A stretch of 64,000 nt of DNA from an uncultured Clostridia bacterium (GTDB lineage: Bacteria > Bacillota > Clostridia > Christensenellales > Borkfalkiaceae), in the NCBI GenBank assembly GCA_944362555.1, contig CALVTL010000006.1:2318-66317 (forward strand), read 5' to 3'. Shown here one piece after another: positions 1 through 8,765 of this stretch. Each line of letters begins with the position of its first letter. The first letter of the stretch is position 1. A program made the position numbers and the translations under genes. The notes beneath the pieces were generated by a model. The model did no database searches, had not been told where the DNA came from, and saw only the letters and a list, made by a program, of their open reading frames with translations.

Positions 1-10
1 GAGGACAACC

Positions 11-1237
11 ATGAATAAACTGCAATTAAAACGGTATGCAAAACTGCTTGCCAAGACGGGGCTCAACGTCAAACGCGGGCAATGGGTCATCGTCAACGCG
101 GGGCTCGACCAGCCCGAGTTCGTCGAGTGGGTCGTGGAGGAGCTCTACCGCGCGGGTGCGGGAAAGGTGACGGTGGAGTGGTCGCATCAGCCGCTCACCA
201 AGCTCAAATATAAGTATGAAAAAGAGGACGTCCTGTCCGCCGTTCCCCAGTGGGAGCAGGCGCGCTGGGAGCTCTACACCAAGGAGCTGCCCTCCATGCT
301 GCACATCATTTCGGAGGACCCCGACGGGCTTGCGGGCATCGACCAGGAGAAGATGCGCGCCGTCACCGTCGGCAGGATGAAGATCATCAAACCCTACCGC
401 GACAAGATGGAGAACAGCTATCCCTGGTGCATCGCCGCCGTCCCCGGGAAGGCGTGGGCGAAGAAGGTGTTCCCCGGACTTCAGGTGGGGCGCGCCGTCG
501 AGGCGCTCTGGGACGCTATTTTGAAGGCATCCCGCGCGGACGGTCCCGATCCCGTGCGTGAGTGGGCGCGCCATAACGACGAGCTCGCCAAGCGTTGCGA
601 CTATCTCAACCGCCTCGGGCTTGTTTCCCTTGAATACAAGGCAGCCAACGGCACCGATCTGCGCGTGGGGCTGCTGCCCGACGCCGACTTCATGGGCGGG
701 GGCGAGAGTGACCTCAAGGGCCGCTACTACAACCCCAACATTCCCTCCGAGGAGATCTTCACCACGCCGCGCGCGGGGGATGCGGAGGGCATCGTCTACG
801 CCACCAAGCCGCTCTCCTATCAGGGACAGCTCATCGAGAACTTCTCCGTCCGCTTTGAAAAGGGCAGGGTCGTCGAGGTAAAGGCGGAGAAAAACCAGGC
901 ATTGCTCGAAAAGATGGTGTCGATGGACGAGGGTGCCGCGATGCTCGGCGAATGCGCGCTCATCGCCTACGATTCTCCCATCAACAACCAGGGCATCCTG
1001 TTTTATAACACCCTCTTTGACGAGAACGCGAGCTGCCATCTTGCGCTCGGGCGCGGCTTCGGCAACTGCGTGCGCGGCTATGAAACGATGACCAACGAGC
1101 AGCTCAAAGAACACGGCATCAACGACAGCATGATCCACGTCGACTTCATGATCGGCAGCAAGGACCTCTCCATCACGGGCGTGACGGCAAAGGGCGAGCG
1201 CGTTGCCATCTTCAAAGACGGGAATTGGGCGTTTTGA
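11..1237 (+). CDS. Aminopeptidase, M29 (AmpS/PepS) family
   Basis: 408-aa ORF; sequence and length typical of M29 thermophilic-metalloprotease aminopeptidases (family memory). Confidence 0.8.
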   Translation: MNKLQLKRYAKLLAKTGLNVKRGQWVIVNAGLDQPEFVEWVVEELYRAGAGKVTVEWSHQPLTKLKYKYEKEDVLSAVPQWEQARWELYTKELPSMLHIISEDPDGLAGIDQEKMRAVTVGRMKIIKPYRDKMENSYPWCIAAVPGKAWAKKVFPGLQVGRAVEALWDAILKASRADGPDPVREWARHNDELAKRCDYLNRLGLVSLEYKAANGTDLRVGLLPDADFMGGGESDLKGRYYNPNIPSEEIFTTPRAGDAEGIVYATKPLSYQGQLIENFSVRFEKGRVVEVKAEKNQALLEKMVSMDEGAAMLGECALIAYDSPINNQGILFYNTLFDENASCHLALGRGFGNCVRGYETMTNEQLKEHGINDSMIHVDFMIGSKDLSITGVTAKGERVAIFKDGNWAF

Positions 1238-1286
1238 ACCTCGCCCTTCGGGGTATATATAGACGTATATATCAAGAGGTGAGAGC

Positions 1287-2381
1287 ATGGTAAAGATCGA
1301 CATTTTTTCGGGATTTCTGGGCGCAGGCAAGACGACGCTCATCAAAAAACTCATTCAGGAAGTCTACAAGGGCGAACAGGTCGTCCTCATCGAGAATGAA
1401 TTCGGCGAGATCGGCGTGGACGGCGGTTTTTTGCAGGACGCGGGCATCCGCATCACCGAGATGAATTCGGGCTGCATCTGCTGCACACTTGTGGGCGACT
1501 TTGCAAAGGCGCTCCGCGAGGTCGCCGAGCAGTATTCCCCCGACCGCATCGTCATCGAGCCCTCGGGCGTCGGAAAGCTGTCCGACGTCATCCGCGCCGT
1601 GCAAGGCGCGGGCGTGGAGGGGGCGCAGCTCAACGCCTTCTGCACCGTTGTGGACGCCAACAAGTGCAAAATGTATCTCAAAAACTTCGGCGAGTTCTTC
1701 CTCGACCAGGTGGAGAATGCGGGCTGCATCGTGCTTTCGCACACGGGAAACGCGCAAAAGGTCGCGGAGGCGGTCGCGCTCCTCAAAGAACACACTTCCG
1801 CCACCATCGTCACCACCGATTGGAAGGAGCTCCCCGGAAAGGAGCTGCTCTCCGCCATCGAGCGCAAGGACACGCTGGAGGCGGAGCTCAAAAAGCTCGC
1901 CGAGGAGGCGCACGAACACGGGCAGCATCATCATGAAGAGGACGAGCACGGGTGCTGCCATCACCATCATGACGAGGATGCGTGCCATCACCACGAGCAC
2001 GAGCATGAAGGCTGCCATCATCATGACCATGAGGGCGAATGCCATCACCATGAACATGAACATGGCGAGTGTCATCACGGCCATGAACATTGCGAAGGGC
2101 ATCACCATGCCGACGAGGTGTTCACGAGCTGGGGCGTGGAGACGAGCAAAGCGTTCACCCGCGAGGGCTTACAGCAAAAACTTGCGGCGCTCGCCTCGGG
2201 CGAGTACGGCGAAGTGCTGCGCGCCAAGGGCATCGTGGCGGGGGATGGGCCGTGGCTGTATTTTGACTACGTTCCCGGCGAGCCCGACGTGCGCGAGGGG
2301 ACCCCGAGCGTGACGGGGCGGCTGTGCGTCATCGGTTGCAAGCTGGATGAGGACAAGCTGAAAGCGCTCTTTTTGGAGTAA
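1287..2381 (+). CDS. COG0523/CobW-family metallochaperone GTPase with His/Cys-rich insert
   Basis: Walker A GFLGAGKTT, CxCC motif (GCICCTL), about 70-aa HHHxxE/CHHH tract before a CobW_C-like tail; SD agaggtg upstream. Confidence 0.85.
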   Translation: MVKIDIFSGFLGAGKTTLIKKLIQEVYKGEQVVLIENEFGEIGVDGGFLQDAGIRITEMNSGCICCTLVGDFAKALREVAEQYSPDRIVIEPSGVGKLSDVIRAVQGAGVEGAQLNAFCTVVDANKCKMYLKNFGEFFLDQVENAGCIVLSHTGNAQKVAEAVALLKEHTSATIVTTDWKELPGKELLSAIERKDTLEAELKKLAEEAHEHGQHHHEEDEHGCCHHHHDEDACHHHEHEHEGCHHHDHEGECHHHEHEHGECHHGHEHCEGHHHADEVFTSWGVETSKAFTREGLQQKLAALASGEYGEVLRAKGIVAGDGPWLYFDYVPGEPDVREGTPSVTGRLCVIGCKLDEDKLKALFLE

Positions 2382-2384
2382 ACC

Positions 2385-3329
2385 ATGCCGCAGGAGATCC
2401 CCGTCTATCTCTTTCTCGGATTTCTCGAATCGGGAAAGACCAGATTTATCCAGGAAACGCTCGAGGACGAGCGCTTTGATTCGGGCGAGCACACCTTGCT
2501 CCTCGTCTTTGAGGAGGGGGAGGAGGAGTACGACTATCAGAAGTTCGCCGATCCCTCCTATGCGGTGGAGCATCTCGGGCTTCGGGATATGACCGAGGCG
2601 AACCTCTCCGCGCTCGTCAGAAAATATTCCGCAGAGCGCGTCGTCGTCGAGTACAACGGAATGTGGGAGCTGCAGAAGTTCTTCGACGCCATGCCCGACG
2701 GCTGGGCGATCGCGCAGGTCATGACCTTCTTCGACGCGACCACGTTCCTCTCCTACAACAAAAATATGCGCCAGCTCGTCTTTGACAAGGTGCAGTACGC
2801 CGATATGGTGGTATTCAATCGCTTCCGCGGTGAGTTTTCCAAAGAGGAATTTCACAAGATCGTCCGCGGCATGACGCGCCGTCCCGACATCGTGTATGAG
2901 TATTTAGGCGGCAAGGCGGAATATGATGAGATCGTCGATCCGCTTCCCTACGACATCAACGCGCCCGTCATCGAGATCGCCGACAAGGACTATGCCTTCT
3001 TCTACCGCGACCTCGTGGAGGAGACAGACAAATACCGCGGAAAGACGGTGCGTTTTAAGGGGCTGGTCGCCGTGGACGATAAGATGAAGAAGGGGACCAT
3101 CGTCGTGGGGCGGCACATCATGACGTGCTGCGAGGCGGACATCGCGTACAGCGGGCTCGTGTGCCTGCACAATTCCTCCCTTCCCTTCAAAACGCGCGAC
3201 TGGGTGGTGCTCACCGCGCGCATCGACATCATGTATCACGCCATTTACGGGCAGAAGGGGCCCGTGCTCAAAGCCTCACAGATCGACTTTGCGCCCCCGC
3301 CCGAACAGGAACTTGCGACCTTCTATTAA
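2385..3329 (+). CDS. CobW-like P-loop N-domain fused to DUF1980/TIGR03943-like C-terminal domain
   Basis: GFLESGKT P-loop but no CxCC motif; C-terminus KGLVAV..GRHIMTCCEADIAYSGLVC resembles the MTCCAAD motif of DUF1980 proteins. Confidence 0.6.
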   Translation: MPQEIPVYLFLGFLESGKTRFIQETLEDERFDSGEHTLLLVFEEGEEEYDYQKFADPSYAVEHLGLRDMTEANLSALVRKYSAERVVVEYNGMWELQKFFDAMPDGWAIAQVMTFFDATTFLSYNKNMRQLVFDKVQYADMVVFNRFRGEFSKEEFHKIVRGMTRRPDIVYEYLGGKAEYDEIVDPLPYDINAPVIEIADKDYAFFYRDLVEETDKYRGKTVRFKGLVAVDDKMKKGTIVVGRHIMTCCEADIAYSGLVCLHNSSLPFKTRDWVVLTARIDIMYHAIYGQKGPVLKASQIDFAPPPEQELATFY

Positions 3330-3367
3330 TGGAACGCGCATTATGCGCATTTCGCCGTCAAAAATCA

Positions 3368-3393
3368 AGCGGGCGAATTCGCCCGCTTTTTTT
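3368..3393 (+). terminator. Rho-independent terminator after the COG0523 pair
   Basis: AGCGGGCGAATTCGCCCGCT followed by a T-run. Confidence 0.8.
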
Positions 3394-3447
3394 CTATCGT
3401 CGTCCGAAGATCATTTCGGCAATTTTCATCAATTTTTTTGGTTGGTC

Positions 3448-3476
3448 TTTACAAAACGCAGATATTATGATATAAT
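3448..3476 (+). promoter_or_regulatory. Flavodoxin promoter TTTACA-17-TATAAT
   Basis: Read directly. Confidence 0.65.
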
Positions 3477-3502
3477 ATGAATGTAATAAGGAGGGGACAG
3501 GG

Positions 3503-3976
3503 ATGAAAAAGCTGGTCGTCTTTTATTCGTTGAGCGGAAACACGCGCGCCGTTGCAAGGCGCATTGCGCGCGCGCTGCGCGCAGATCTGTTGGAGATCCG
3601 CACCGTCAAGACCTATCCCGACGACTACGACGTTCTGTTGAGCCTGGGCGAAAAAGAGGTAAAGGCGGGCTATATGCCGCAGCTCGAGCCCCTTCCCATC
3701 GACGCCAACAAATATGAGACCATCCTCCTCGGCACGCCCGTCTGGTGGAGCAGCTTTGCGCCCGCCGTCAAAAAATTCCTCTCCCTCATCAAGTGGAAGG
3801 GGAAGAAGGTGTTTCCGTTCGCCACGCACGGCGGCGACCTCGGGCACACGCCCAGCGACCTGCGCAAGGCGATGCGCGGCGCTGCCATCGCCCCCGTCTT
3901 TGACATCCGCTTTGAGAACGGGACGCAACTCACCCCGATGGAGGAGCTTGACGCATGGCTCTCGACGATCATCTGA
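3503..3976 (+). CDS. Flavodoxin
   Basis: MKKLVVFYSLSGNTRAVA N-terminus; 157 aa; strong SD aaggagg. Confidence 0.8.
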   Translation: MKKLVVFYSLSGNTRAVARRIARALRADLLEIRTVKTYPDDYDVLLSLGEKEVKAGYMPQLEPLPIDANKYETILLGTPVWWSSFAPAVKKFLSLIKWKGKKVFPFATHGGDLGHTPSDLRKAMRGAAIAPVFDIRFENGTQLTPMEELDAWLSTII

Positions 3977-4845
3977 CGCTCCCGCAGCCGCTCTCCGACC
4001 GCCTGCACGGCGCGTACGGGGAGCTTTTTGCGTGCATTGAGCGGGGGTATCTCGCCAAACGCCCCGTCACTTTGCGCGTCAACCGCCTCAAAACGACGCC
4101 AGAGCGCGTCATCAACGAACTTCATGCGCAGGGGATCGGGGTGCAGACGGTGGCGTGGTATGAGGATGCGCTCATTGCAGAGAACGTGCGCGAGGCGGCG
4201 CTGCAAAGACTTCCGATGTATGAACGCGGCGAGGTGTATTTGCAGAGCCTTTCCTCCATGCTGCCGCCCATCCTGCTGCAGCCTGCGGCGGGGGAGAACA
4301 TTCTCGACATGACGGCGGCGCCCGGCGGAAAGACGACGGAACTCTTTGCACTCTCGGGCGGAAAGGCGCTCATCACGGCGTGCGAGAGGGATGCCGTGCG
4401 GTTCGATCGGCTCAGGTTCAACCTCTCCCGTCAGGGGGCGACACGCGTCAACGCCTTAAAGACGGACGCTCTGGCGCTCGACGATTTTCTCCGCTTTGAC
4501 AAAATTTTATTGGACGCGCCCTGCACGGGAACGGGCACCATTTCCGCGGATGAAGGAGTGCGCTTTTCGGAGGGATACCTGGAAAAGTGCGTCCGCCTGC
4601 AGCGCAAACTCTTTGAAAAGGCGTTCCGCCTGCTCAAAAAGGGCGGCGTGCTGCTCTATTCCACCTGTTCCGTTCTCCCGGAGGAAAACGGCGGCATCCT
4701 GGAAACGGCGCAAAGGCTGGGAGCAACGCAGCTCCCCGTGCAGCTTCCTTCCGAGATCGCGCTGCTGCCTTCTCCCGAGGGCACGGCTTGCGTCTGCCCG
4801 AGCGCGCTCTACGAGGGGTTCTTCCTCTCCATGTTCACAAAATAA
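3955..4845 (+). CDS. RsmB/RsmF-family SAM-dependent RNA m5C methyltransferase
   Basis: DMTAAPGGKTT SAM motif, DAPCTGTG and YSTCS catalytic Cys motifs. Confidence 0.8.
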   Translation: MALDDHLTLPQPLSDRLHGAYGELFACIERGYLAKRPVTLRVNRLKTTPERVINELHAQGIGVQTVAWYEDALIAENVREAALQRLPMYERGEVYLQSLSSMLPPILLQPAAGENILDMTAAPGGKTTELFALSGGKALITACERDAVRFDRLRFNLSRQGATRVNALKTDALALDDFLRFDKILLDAPCTGTGTISADEGVRFSEGYLEKCVRLQRKLFEKAFRLLKKGGVLLYSTCSVLPEENGGILETAQRLGATQLPVQLPSEIALLPSPEGTACVCPSALYEGFFLSMFTK

Positions 4846-4867
4846 CGGCTGCAAACGCAGCCGTTTT
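4845..4867. terminator. Hairpin terminator between convergent genes
   Basis: ACGGCTGC-AAAC-GCAGCCGT followed by TTTT. Confidence 0.7.
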
Positions 4868-4869
4868 GC

Positions 4870-5817
4870 TTATGAAAACATATCAAAGAGGGAGATCTGC
4901 CGCCCGTCGCGCAGATAGCTCGATTGCTGTCCGTCCACGATCTCATCCCCCGCTTGGGGACTGCCGATAAGAAGAGGGGAATGCACGTCGTGCAGCGCCA
5001 TGTTTTTTTGCACCTCCTCAAAGGAACGATCGGCGTTGCAGTACTTGCAAAAGTTGGGACAACTGTCGTACCAGCCGATGTCGCGCGCGGGAACGCACAG
5101 ACACCCGCGCGCATTTCCCGTGTGCCTGACGGGGAGGAACGCGCAGCCGTTGGCGCTGCCGATAGCGTCCAGCGTATAGCAGCCGCGGCTCGCAATGCCC
5201 AGATCCTCAAACGTCGCGTGCGTCTTGCACGTCTGAAGAAAAAGGCGGTATTTTTGCGCAATGGGGACGATGGCGTGCGCAAATGCCCGCTTTTGCTCGT
5301 TCTCGGGCGGAACAATGCCGGGAAGGCGCGTCCGCATGGAGAAGAAGGGCTCCAAAAAACCAATGACGCAGCCGCTCACAAATGGTGCAATTTTCTCCGC
5401 GAGCCGAGCAAAATCGTCGATGAGCCGCGCGGCGGGGTATTCCCCGGAGAAAAAGACGGGGGTGAAACGCCAGAGGATCCGCTCCCTTCCCACCTGCGCA
5501 CAGAGTTCTTTGAGCGTCCTTATGCGATCCGCCTCGTCGGGGATGTTGGGCTCCAGATCGCGCCCGAACGCCGTGATGGTATAATGGAAGAAGGTGTGAT
5601 AGCGCTCCGTGATCTCAAAAAGGCGTGAAAGCGCGGGCGCGTAGTTTTTGGAGCAGAACAGCACGGCGTCCACAAGGTCGGGCGTCAGGCGATAGCGCAC
5701 GATGTGCGTGGGGAAGAGGGGATTGCGCGAGAGTACATATCCCTCGCGAAAGCGTTCAAACATCCACGGGGCGTAGTGGTTTGCAATATCCGTGCGGATC
5801 CCCGTACTGACGATCAT
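4870..5817 (-). CDS. DUF1848 domain protein
   Basis: Start moved to the internal ATG (MIVSTGIRTDIANHYAPWMFERFREGYV), typical DUF1848 N-terminus; SD ggaggg upstream. Confidence 0.7.
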   Translation of the reverse strand: MIVSTGIRTDIANHYAPWMFERFREGYVLSRNPLFPTHIVRYRLTPDLVDAVLFCSKNYAPALSRLFEITERYHTFFHYTITAFGRDLEPNIPDEADRIRTLKELCAQVGRERILWRFTPVFFSGEYPAARLIDDFARLAEKIAPFVSGCVIGFLEPFFSMRTRLPGIVPPENEQKRAFAHAIVPIAQKYRLFLQTCKTHATFEDLGIASRGCYTLDAIGSANGCAFLPVRHTGNARGCLCVPARDIGWYDSCPNFCKYCNADRSFEEVQKNMALHDVHSPLLIGSPQAGDEIVDGQQSSYLRDGRQISLFDMFS

Positions 5818-5845
5818 GGAATCCCTCCGCATTTTTTTCGGTTTG

Positions 5846-5874
5846 ATTATATCGTACGGTGAGAAAAATGTCAA
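5846..5874 (-). promoter_or_regulatory. DUF1848 promoter TTGACA-17-TATAAT
   Basis: Consensus hexamers on the minus strand. Confidence 0.7.
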
Positions 5875-5912
5875 TATGTCGCGCTCATTTTTATGAATTT
5901 TCATATTTTGAA

Positions 5913-5937
5913 TTGTATTATGTCAGACATACTATTG
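5913..5937. repeat. Palindromic element copy 1 (exact core TATGTCAGACATA at 5919-5931)
   Basis: Read directly; intergenic, about 45 bp upstream of the -35 of the DUF1848 promoter. Confidence 0.9.
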
Positions 5938-5987
5938 TTTTCACAACGTAAAAATTTTGCGCTGCAATGACAATATCTTGCGTTTGA

Positions 5988-6016
5988 TTGACTTTTCTCC
6001 GCCCTTGCGATACAAT
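5988..6016 (+). promoter_or_regulatory. Orphan promoter-like TTGACT-17-TACAAT with no ORF downstream
   Basis: Read directly; faces a GC-rich hairpin-rich stretch and the antisense side of tRNA-Trp. Confidence 0.4.
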
Positions 6017-6212
6017 ATATAAGACAGCGCGGCTCTATTGTATAGAACAAACCGCCTGCTTGATTGCAGACGGCTTCAATGGGGAGACACGAGCGTAAGG
6101 AGCGGAGCGACGGAACAGCGATCGTGCGCGCAGCGCAGATCGCGTCACGCGCAACCGCGGCGTCAAGCCGCGCAGTTGCGTGGAGAATCGCATTCCGCAC
6201 TTCATTCACAAT

Positions 6213-6251
6213 AAAAAAGTGCTCACATCACGGAAATCGTGATATGAGCGC
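6213..6251 (-). terminator. tRNA-Trp terminator
   Basis: 12-bp stem GCGCTCATATCACG/CGTGATGTGAGC followed by TTTTTT on the minus strand. Confidence 0.75.
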
Positions 6252-6252
6252 T

Positions 6253-6327
6253 TGGCAGGGGAGACGCGATTCGAACACGCAACCTACGGTTTTGGAGACC
6301 GCTACTCTACCGTTGAGCCACTCCCCT
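6253..6327 (-). tRNA. trnW: tRNA-Trp (anticodon CCA)
   Basis: Reverse complement folds as a cloverleaf: acceptor AGGGGAG/CTCCCCT, anticodon loop CTCCAAA, T-arm GTTCGAATC, encoded 3-prime CCA. Confidence 0.9.
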
Positions 6328-6340
6328 GTGAACAACGTGT

Positions 6341-6369
6341 ATTATAACGCATTCTTTGCGTTTCGTCAA
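6341..6369 (-). promoter_or_regulatory. tRNA-Trp promoter TTGACG-17-TATAAT
   Basis: The -10 ends 13 nt upstream of the tRNA 5-prime end. Confidence 0.75.
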
Positions 6370-6408
6370 CGATTTTACCCTTCAATTCGCAAAAAAAGGA
6401 GCATTTCT

Positions 6409-7203
6409 ATGAAAAAGTATACCCTCGGCGTCATCGGCGGCGGTTTCATGGCGCGCGCCATCCTCTCGGGCGCATTCTCAAAGAAAATTTTAAGTCCGAA
6501 GGAGGTGCTCGTCTGCGATCCTTCGACGGAGTGCCGCGCGTATTTTACCTCCGTCGGCGCCGACGTTAGTGAGCAGAACCTGCCCGCCGTTCAAAACTGC
6601 CGCTATCTGTTGTTCGCCGTCAAACCGCAGAACTTTGCCGCAGCCATTGAGGAGCTGCGCGGGCAGCAGTTCCCCGTCGTCATCAGCATCATGGCGGGCA
6701 AGACCATTGCAGGCATCCAGGCGGCGACGGGCGCGGAGAAGATCGCGCGCGTCATGCCCAATCTTCCGTGCAGCATCGGCGCGGGGATGTCCGCCGTCGA
6801 CGCCTCGCGGCTCGGCAATGAGGACAGGAACTTTGTGCTCGGGTTATTCCTTTCGGTGGGCGAGGTCATCGAGACGGCAGAAGAACAGCTCAATGCCGTG
6901 ACGGCGGTCTCGGGCAGCGGTCCCGCCTATATCTATCTCTTCCTGCGCGCGTTCATCAGCGCGGCAATGAAGCAGGGACTACGCGAGGAACAGGCGAGAA
7001 CGCTCGTCTTTCAGACGATGGAGGGGGGGCTTTCCATGGCAAAGACCTCGCCGAAGTCGCTCGACGAACTCATCGCCGCCGTCTCTTCCAAGGGGGGAAC
7101 GACGGTCGCCGCGCTCGAAAGTTTTGCGCGAGACGGATTTGATGCCGCCGTCTCCCGCGCCGTGGCGGCAGCCAGGCAGCGCGCGGAGGAGCTCTCCGAA
7201 TGA
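6409..7203 (+). CDS. proC: Pyrroline-5-carboxylate reductase
   Basis: MKKYTLGVIGGGFMARAI Rossmann N-terminus, SSKGGTT motif near the C-terminus; SD aaggag. The ORF-track extension back to 6064 runs antisense over the tRNA and is rejected. Confidence 0.9.
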   Translation: MKKYTLGVIGGGFMARAILSGAFSKKILSPKEVLVCDPSTECRAYFTSVGADVSEQNLPAVQNCRYLLFAVKPQNFAAAIEELRGQQFPVVISIMAGKTIAGIQAATGAEKIARVMPNLPCSIGAGMSAVDASRLGNEDRNFVLGLFLSVGEVIETAEEQLNAVTAVSGSGPAYIYLFLRAFISAAMKQGLREEQARTLVFQTMEGGLSMAKTSPKSLDELIAAVSSKGGTTVAALESFARDGFDAAVSRAVAAARQRAEELSE

Positions 7204-7640
7204 AGAAGGTGACGCTCTACACGGACGGCGCCTGTTCGGGCAACCCCGGCCCCGGCGGCTGGGGCGTCGTGCTCCTCTACGGCGAGCACAAAAAGGAGCT
7301 CTCAGGCGGGGAGAGGGAGACGACCAACAACCGCATGGAGCTCACCGCCGTCATCGAGGGGCTGCGCGCGCTCAAAATGAAGTGCAGCGTGGATATTTTT
7401 TCCGATTCCGCCTACACGGTCAACGGATTTTTGCAGGGCTGGGTGCAGGGCTGGGAGAGGAGCGACTGGAAGAAAGCCGACCACAAACCCGTTCTCAACG
7501 CCGACCTCTGGCAGGAGCTTGTGCGCCTCGTGCGCGAACACGACGTCCGTTTCCACAAGGTGAAGGGTCACGCCGACAATGAGCTCAACAACCGATGCGA
7601 CGAGCTCGCGCGCGCCGCCATCCGCGCTTTGAGCGACTAA
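7200..7640 (+). CDS. rnhA: Ribonuclease HI
   Basis: LYTDGACSGNPGPGGWG, NNRMEL and KGHADNELNNRCDELA motifs; ATGA overlap with proC. Confidence 0.9.
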   Translation: MKKVTLYTDGACSGNPGPGGWGVVLLYGEHKKELSGGERETTNNRMELTAVIEGLRALKMKCSVDIFSDSAYTVNGFLQGWVQGWERSDWKKADHKPVLNADLWQELVRLVREHDVRFHKVKGHADNELNNRCDELARAAIRALSD

Positions 7641-7695
7641 AACACCGCCCGCAGGGATATAATAAATAGAACGCACACGCTGATCCGGAGATTTT

Positions 7696-8748
7696 ATGGG
7701 GCAGATCGACAAATCAAAAGCCATATTGCATTTTATCCTTCTCGCGCTGACCGCCGCGATCTTTCAGACACTCTTTGTGCTGGCGATCGCCACGCTGCGC
7801 GAAAAATGGAGCGATGCGCTCTATCTCCTTGTTCTTTCGGGCGGAACGGTGCTCAACGCGGTGCTGTTGTCCGTGGACTATATCACCTATCTCTTCCAAA
7901 AGCAGATCGTCTTTCGCTTCTGCATCATCGTCTATATCCTGCTCATCTTTGCAGCCGCCGTCGCCTACGCGCTGCTCGCAACGGGGTTCATCGAAGTCAT
8001 CCGCGACGCGGACAAATTGCAGACGTATCTCGAACGCTCGGGCGGGTGGATGGCTGTCCTCTTTATTTTGCTGCAATTCTCGCAGGTGGTGCTGCTGCCC
8101 ATCCCGAGCACCGTGACGGTCGTGGCGGGAAGCGTGCTGTTCGGCCCCTTCTGGGGAAGCGTTTACAGTCTTTTGGGCATCATGCTCGGCTCTTTGGTGG
8201 CGTTTCTGGTGGGGCGGTATGCGGGATACCGCGTCGTCGCATGGATCGTCGGAAAGAGCACGCTCGATAAGTGGCTAGAAAAGATCAAGGGGAAGGACAA
8301 ATTGTTCCTCTCCGCCATGTTCCTCCTGCCCGTCTTTCCCGACGACGTGCTCTGCTTTGTTGCGGGGCTCTCCTCGATGTCACTGCTCTTTTTTGTGGTC
8401 GTCATCCTCATCTCCCGCATCCTCGCCATCTTCACGACGAGCTACGCCATCACCGCCATCCCGTTCACGACGTGGTGGGGGCTGCTCATCTGGGGTATCT
8501 TCGGCGTCCTCGTCATCCTGCTCTTTCTTCTTCTCTACAAGAAATCGGACGCCATCCTCGCCTGGATCGACCGCATCGTGCACCGCAAGACGGTCGTGGA
8601 GCAGCCCAAAGAACGCGACGAATTCCGCGTTGAGATCGTCGATGCGGACGGTTCTCTGGTAAAAAAGGGCGTCAAAAAAGAGGGTGAAGGACAGGGCGCC
8701 GCCCAAAAGAACGAGGGCGCGGCGCATTCCGGGAAACCGCATTCATAA
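7696..8748 (+). CDS. TVP38/TMEM64 (DedA-related) family membrane protein
   Basis: Multi-TM ORF with VLLPIPSTVTVVAGSVLFGP and FPDDVLCFVAG motifs; charged C-terminal tail. Confidence 0.7.
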   Translation: MGQIDKSKAILHFILLALTAAIFQTLFVLAIATLREKWSDALYLLVLSGGTVLNAVLLSVDYITYLFQKQIVFRFCIIVYILLIFAAAVAYALLATGFIEVIRDADKLQTYLERSGGWMAVLFILLQFSQVVLLPIPSTVTVVAGSVLFGPFWGSVYSLLGIMLGSLVAFLVGRYAGYRVVAWIVGKSTLDKWLEKIKGKDKLFLSAMFLLPVFPDDVLCFVAGLSSMSLLFFVVVILISRILAIFTTSYAITAIPFTTWWGLLIWGIFGVLVILLFLLLYKKSDAILAWIDRIVHRKTVVEQPKERDEFRVEIVDADGSLVKKGVKKEGEGQGAAQKNEGAAHSGKPHS

Positions 8749-8765
8749 ATCATAAGGTCGTACGC

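Noticed and set aside
1272-2108. 278-aa minus-strand ORF with an MVMPFAMFMAVM... methionine/valine-rich N-terminus
   Set aside because: It is the mirror image of the His-rich tract (CAT/CAC read in reverse as ATG/GTG) of the COG0523 gene and is not an independent gene.
6064-6408. N-terminal extension of the proC ORF back to 6064
   Set aside because: The extension runs antisense across tRNA-Trp and its promoter and terminator and has no protein-like sequence. A good SD and the Rossmann N-terminus are at 6409.
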